Part shown: one piece after another, positions 62,292-64,000 of the stretch | Layout: each line of letters opens with the position of its first letter | How positions within the stretch are numbered: the first letter of the stretch is position 1 | DNA from: an uncultured delta proteobacterium | GTDB taxonomy: Bacteria; Myxococcota_A; UBA9160; SZUA-336 | Assembly: GCA_963704165.1 (NCBI GenBank) | Contig: CAVPHD010000006.1 | Coordinates: 1 to 64,000, forward strand | Reading direction: 5' to 3' | Length of the DNA stretch: 64,000 bases | The notes under the pieces: model-generated | The model's database searches: none | What the model was told of the DNA's origin: nothing | The model's input: only the letters and a program-made list of their open reading frames with translations | Made by a program: the position numbers and the translations under genes

Positions 62292-63125
62292 CGCGTCCAC
62301 CGATTTCAGGCGCTGGGGCGCGAAGATCGAATCCTCGATCACCGGGTTGTCGACCACACGATCGATCTCGAGCACGGACTTCGTCTTCTCGGACAGGTCG
62401 TACATCGTGCTCTCGAGCGGAATCCAGACGCCGGAGTACGGCTTGATCTTCCCGCGCGGAATCTCGAGCTGCTTCACTTCGACGCCCGCTTCGTCCCAGT
62501 GTCGGGTGCGCAGCGGGACGTCGTAGTCCTTGTCGACGTAGAGCAGGCTCCGAGCGTAGGCCGGGTCCGTCTCGGGTCGGTGGTTCACGTCCACGACCCA
62601 GACGGGGACGCCCTGGACCTCTTCGTCGGGAAGACGTTCGTAGGTCGCGTCGTCGATGTGACTGACCACGGCCAAGTCGTCGAGGCTGAAGTCACTGCCG
62701 AAGATCGACTCCTTCGCGGGCGCGATCCGCATCACACGCTCTCGCTTGCGCGAATAGTGGAACCCCTCGTCCTCGGTGCCCTTCCGCTCGATGAACAGGT
62801 ACGCGGTGTCGCGTTTGTCGTAGGGCTCGGTGAACTTCATGATCGTCTTCGAGATGACCGTGCCCTTGGGCGCGGACTCGGACGTGCGAAGATCCTTGAA
62901 ACGCGACCAGAACTTCAGGTTCTGGACGCTCCCGCCGGGATCGGTCGAAGACATCCGATGCTCGAAGTACGCCGTCTCGAGCTTGTTGTCGAGAACGCGT
63001 TGGTAGATCGCGCGCCCGTCGAGCCCGTCGGTCCCGGGCAAGGCATCGTCGGCGGCGCGCGACGTCGGAGCGACGAGCGGGAGAGACAGGAAGAGCAGGA
63101 GGATCCGGGCGTTCCGCACTCGCAT
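62268..63125 (-). CDS. LolA-like outer membrane lipoprotein-sorting protein
   Basis: Signal peptide; KF.EP.D.R.TAYL, RV.RI....ESIFGSDFSLDD, G.WIP. Confidence 0.8.
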   Translation of the reverse strand: MRVRNARILLLFLSLPLVAPTSRAADDALPGTDGLDGRAIYQRVLDNKLETAYFEHRMSSTDPGGSVQNLKFWSRFKDLRTSESAPKGTVISKTIMKFTEPYDKRDTAYLFIERKGTEDEGFHYSRKRERVMRIAPAKESIFGSDFSLDDLAVVSHIDDATYERLPDEEVQGVPVWVVDVNHRPETDPAYARSLLYVDKDYDVPLRTRHWDEAGVEVKQLEIPRGKIKPYSGVWIPLESTMYDLSEKTKSVLEIDRVVDNPVIEDSIFAPQRLKSVDALRASANE

Positions 63126-63168
63126 GGCCGGACATCGTGCGAAACCGACGCGGCCGCTTCAACTCCGG

Positions 63169-64000
63169 CTAGTCCCGCTTCGGCTTCGCTCCTCCCTTGC
63201 GGCCGGAGCGGGTCCGGCTCCCGTAGTCACCGAACGGATCGTCGCGATCGCGCACGGCGTCGCGGAAGCCCTTGCGCTGAGCGTTTGCGACGAAGTCGAG
63301 CCCCTCCTGGGTATGGCGAGCGATCCCGTCGAAGAGCGTGCCGAGCAGGCGGCTCGAGGCCAGGCCCATGTTCTCGGCGGTCTGGTTGCAGAGCAGCTTC
63401 AACATCACGAGCTGATTGGTCGGAACGCGCGCCATGCGCTTCGCGAGCGCGAGCGCGTGATCGTCGAGCTCGGCGTCGGGAACGGTTTCGAGAATCAGCC
63501 CGATCTCCGCGGCTTTGCTCGCGGAGATCTCGTCGCCGGTCAGCATGTAGCGCTTGGCCTGCTCGAGACCCATGCGGTAGACCCACATCGCGGTCGTCGG
63601 CGTGCCCCAGACGCGCGACGGCGGATAGCCGAAGCGCGCGCCCTCGCCGGCGACGATCAGGTCGGCGCAGAGAACCATGTCGGTGCCGCCGCCGATGCAC
63701 CAGCCCTGCACGGCCGCGATCGTCGGCTTCTTCGCGTACCAGAGCTTCATGTAGGTCTCGACGAAGCGGCCCATCATGCGCAGGTCGGAGACCGAGTCCC
63801 AGACACGCTTCCGTGTCGCCCCGCCCTCGGCGCCCTGGGCGGCCGTTCCCCAGTCGAGCGCATAGCCGGCACAGAACGCCGGGCCTTCGGCGCGGAGCAG
63901 GATGACGTGGGCCGCCGTCGCGGCGTCACCGGCATCGATGGCCGCCTCCAGCTCGTCGCGGAGCTCGGGCGTGATGGTGTTGTACTCGCTCGCCCGCGAG
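63169..64000 (-). CDS. Crotonase/enoyl-CoA hydratase family, 5' partial
   Basis: NTITPE..FCAGY, KPTIAAVQGWCIGGG, GYPPSRVWG; frame is open past the window end. Confidence 0.88.
   Translation of the reverse strand, partial: SRASEYNTITPELRDELEAAIDAGDAATAAHVILLRAEGPAFCAGYALDWGTAAQGAEGGATRKRVWDSVSDLRMMGRFVETYMKLWYAKKPTIAAVQGWCIGGGTDMVLCADLIVAGEGARFGYPPSRVWGTPTTAMWVYRMGLEQAKRYMLTGDEISASKAAEIGLILETVPDAELDDHALALAKRMARVPTNQLVMLKLLCNQTAENMGLASSRLLGTLFDGIARHTQEGLDFVANAQRKGFRDAVRDRDDPFGDYGSRTRSGRKGGAKPKRD

Noticed and set aside
510..63905. Many long alternative-frame ORFs (e.g. 11432-14401, 31450-34221, 44022-46391, and the N-terminal extensions of 510-2684, 3577-7623 and 16928-19255)
   Set aside because: Arg/Ala/Pro-rich shadow frames of real genes, typical of high-GC DNA. 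Only the motif-bearing parts were kept.
1..64000. CRISPR arrays, IS elements, prophage, defence systems, rRNA and tRNA genes
   Set aside because: No repeat-spacer arrays, transposase, integrase or nuclease motifs, or large composition shifts were seen by eye.

Overview
A very GC-rich, gene-dense bacterial chromosomal segment with about 60 CDSs. The gene content suggests a Myxococcota/Binatia-like deltaproteobacterium, which is an inference. It holds mostly lipid, acyl-CoA and xenobiotic metabolism genes (SDRs, hydrolases, crotonases, thiolase, WS/DGAT, BVMO, OYE, LLM and F420-type oxidoreductases), housekeeping genes (ilvBN, class I fumarase, uup, menA, asnS, crcB), transporters and two hybrid histidine kinases. 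I saw no tRNA, rRNA, CRISPR array or mobile element. About 12 genes are split by small indels, most densely at 35-42 kb; these are most likely consensus or sequencing errors. Best candidates for undescribed systems: (1) 54.8-59.0 kb, a probably sigma54-driven operon of an SCP2-like protein, a ferritin-like paralog lacking all iron ligands, a ferritin-like paralog with a full diiron ligand set, and a WS/DGAT, i.e. a putative alpha/beta diiron lipid oxygenase; (2) 19.5-23.2 kb, tandem sensor-LuxR regulators plus a collapsed third copy, converging on a PhcB-like methyltransferase, with a lux-box-like palindrome centred between the methyltransferase promoter and a putative hairpin sRNA, i.e. a possible signalling module. 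Also notable are a domain-inverted Rieske oxygenase, an orphan StyC-like isomerase, an active/dead alpha/beta-hydrolase pair, a V4R-like pair coupled to a kinase, and many leaderless promoters. All family calls come from motif recognition, not database searches.
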